A stretch of 51,043 nt of DNA from Ginglymostoma cirratum. Lineage: Eukaryota. Where the stretch lies: positions 2,902,975 through 2,954,017 of the forward strand of contig JAHRHZ010000085.1 of NCBI GenBank assembly GCA_024137785.1, in the 5' to 3' direction. Position numbers and translations under genes: made by a program. Positions within the stretch are counted from its first letter, which is position 1. Each line of letters begins with the position of its first letter. Under the pieces are notes generated by a model that saw nothing but the letters and a program-made list of their open reading frames with translations, had not been told where the DNA came from and searched no databases. Positions 50,604 to 51,043 of the stretch are shown piece after piece.

Positions 50604-51043
50604 AGAAAACGAGTGGACCAAAGAAAACAAGCAACGGCACGATGACTCAGTGGTTAGCATCGCTGCGTCACCGCGCCAGAAAACCCGGGTTCGATCCCAG
50701 TCTTGGGCGACTCTCTGTGTGGAGTTTGCACATTCTCCCCGTATCTGCGTGGGTTTCCTCCGGCTGCTCCGGTTTCTCCCACAGTCCAAAGGTGTGCAGG
50801 TTAGGTTGATTGGCCATGCTAAATGGCCCGTAGTGTTCAGGGACGTGTAGATTGGATGGGTTGTAGGGGGTTGTGTCTGGGTGGGATGCTCTGAGGTTCG
50901 GAGTGGAATTGCTGGGACTGAGGGCCTGTTTCCACAGTGTAGGGATTCTAGTCTATGCCTGAGGATTAGCTGACATATGCTGCTCTTGATCAAGTTGGTT
51001 CTGAGAATGGCATAATATCTAAACAACAGGAAGAAATCTCAAT
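50604..51043 (+). pseudogene. Copy B cytoplasmic exon 2, split by a SINE; retains ITIM LTYAAL
   Basis: ctttccag| RKRVDQRKQA [SINE] MPED*LTYAALDQVGSENGIISKQQEEIS; TAG at 50967. Confidence 0.75.
50635..50954 (+). mobile_element. Relatively young V-SINE (HE1-like), copy B only
   Basis: Full head 'ggcacgatgactcagtggttagc...gggttcgatccc', V-domain and CR1-like tail 'gggcctgtttccacagtgtagggattcta'; absent at 18915. Confidence 0.92.

Larger units (their letters stand above)
32945..51043 (+). repeat. Segmental duplication unit, copy B (runs off the window)
   Basis: Collinear with 300-19005. Confidence 0.95.
36631..51043 (+). pseudogene. Copy B: SIRP-like V-C1-TM receptor locus, probable pseudogene (3' end beyond window)
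   Basis: V, C1 and TM exons are open with canonical splice sites; leader exon broken; tail out of frame and interrupted by a SINE. Confidence 0.8.

Noticed and set aside
1-51043. Prokaryote-style systems (CRISPR arrays, operons) and a specific gene symbol such as SIRPA or NCR3LG1
   Set aside because: The DNA is vertebrate with no repeat-spacer array, and orthology cannot be assigned without phylogeny and synteny.

Overview
Eukaryotic, repeat-rich DNA from a cartilaginous fish (HE1/V-SINEs, HER1/CR1 LINEs and Penelope-type repeats; probably a carpet/bamboo shark, which is inference). The window is a decaying cluster of non-rearranging immunoglobulin-superfamily receptor genes with a SIRP-like layout: leader, short V, C1-set, TM, then a cytoplasmic tail with tandem ITIM/ITSM-like motifs. 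Two long copies (A, about 4108-19273; B, about 36631 to beyond 51043; both + strand) lie in an ~18.5 kb segmental duplication (about 300-19005 vs 32945-51043). Both are disabled, by largely complementary lesions. Two older relics sit between them: C (V+C1, - strand) and D (C1+TM+tail exon, + strand). The C1-TM intron of A and B holds an antisense, internally deleted class III/spuma-related-like endogenous retrovirus (LTR-gag-pro-RT-env-LTR) whose Env has an unusually long post-cleavage ectodomain. The most interesting signal is in copy B, which combines a transmembrane Arg with a frame shift that cuts off the ITIM exons; this may be a fossil of inhibitory-to-activating paired-receptor conversion. 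Exon coordinates were read by eye from splice signals and copy-to-copy comparison; repeat boundaries are approximate.
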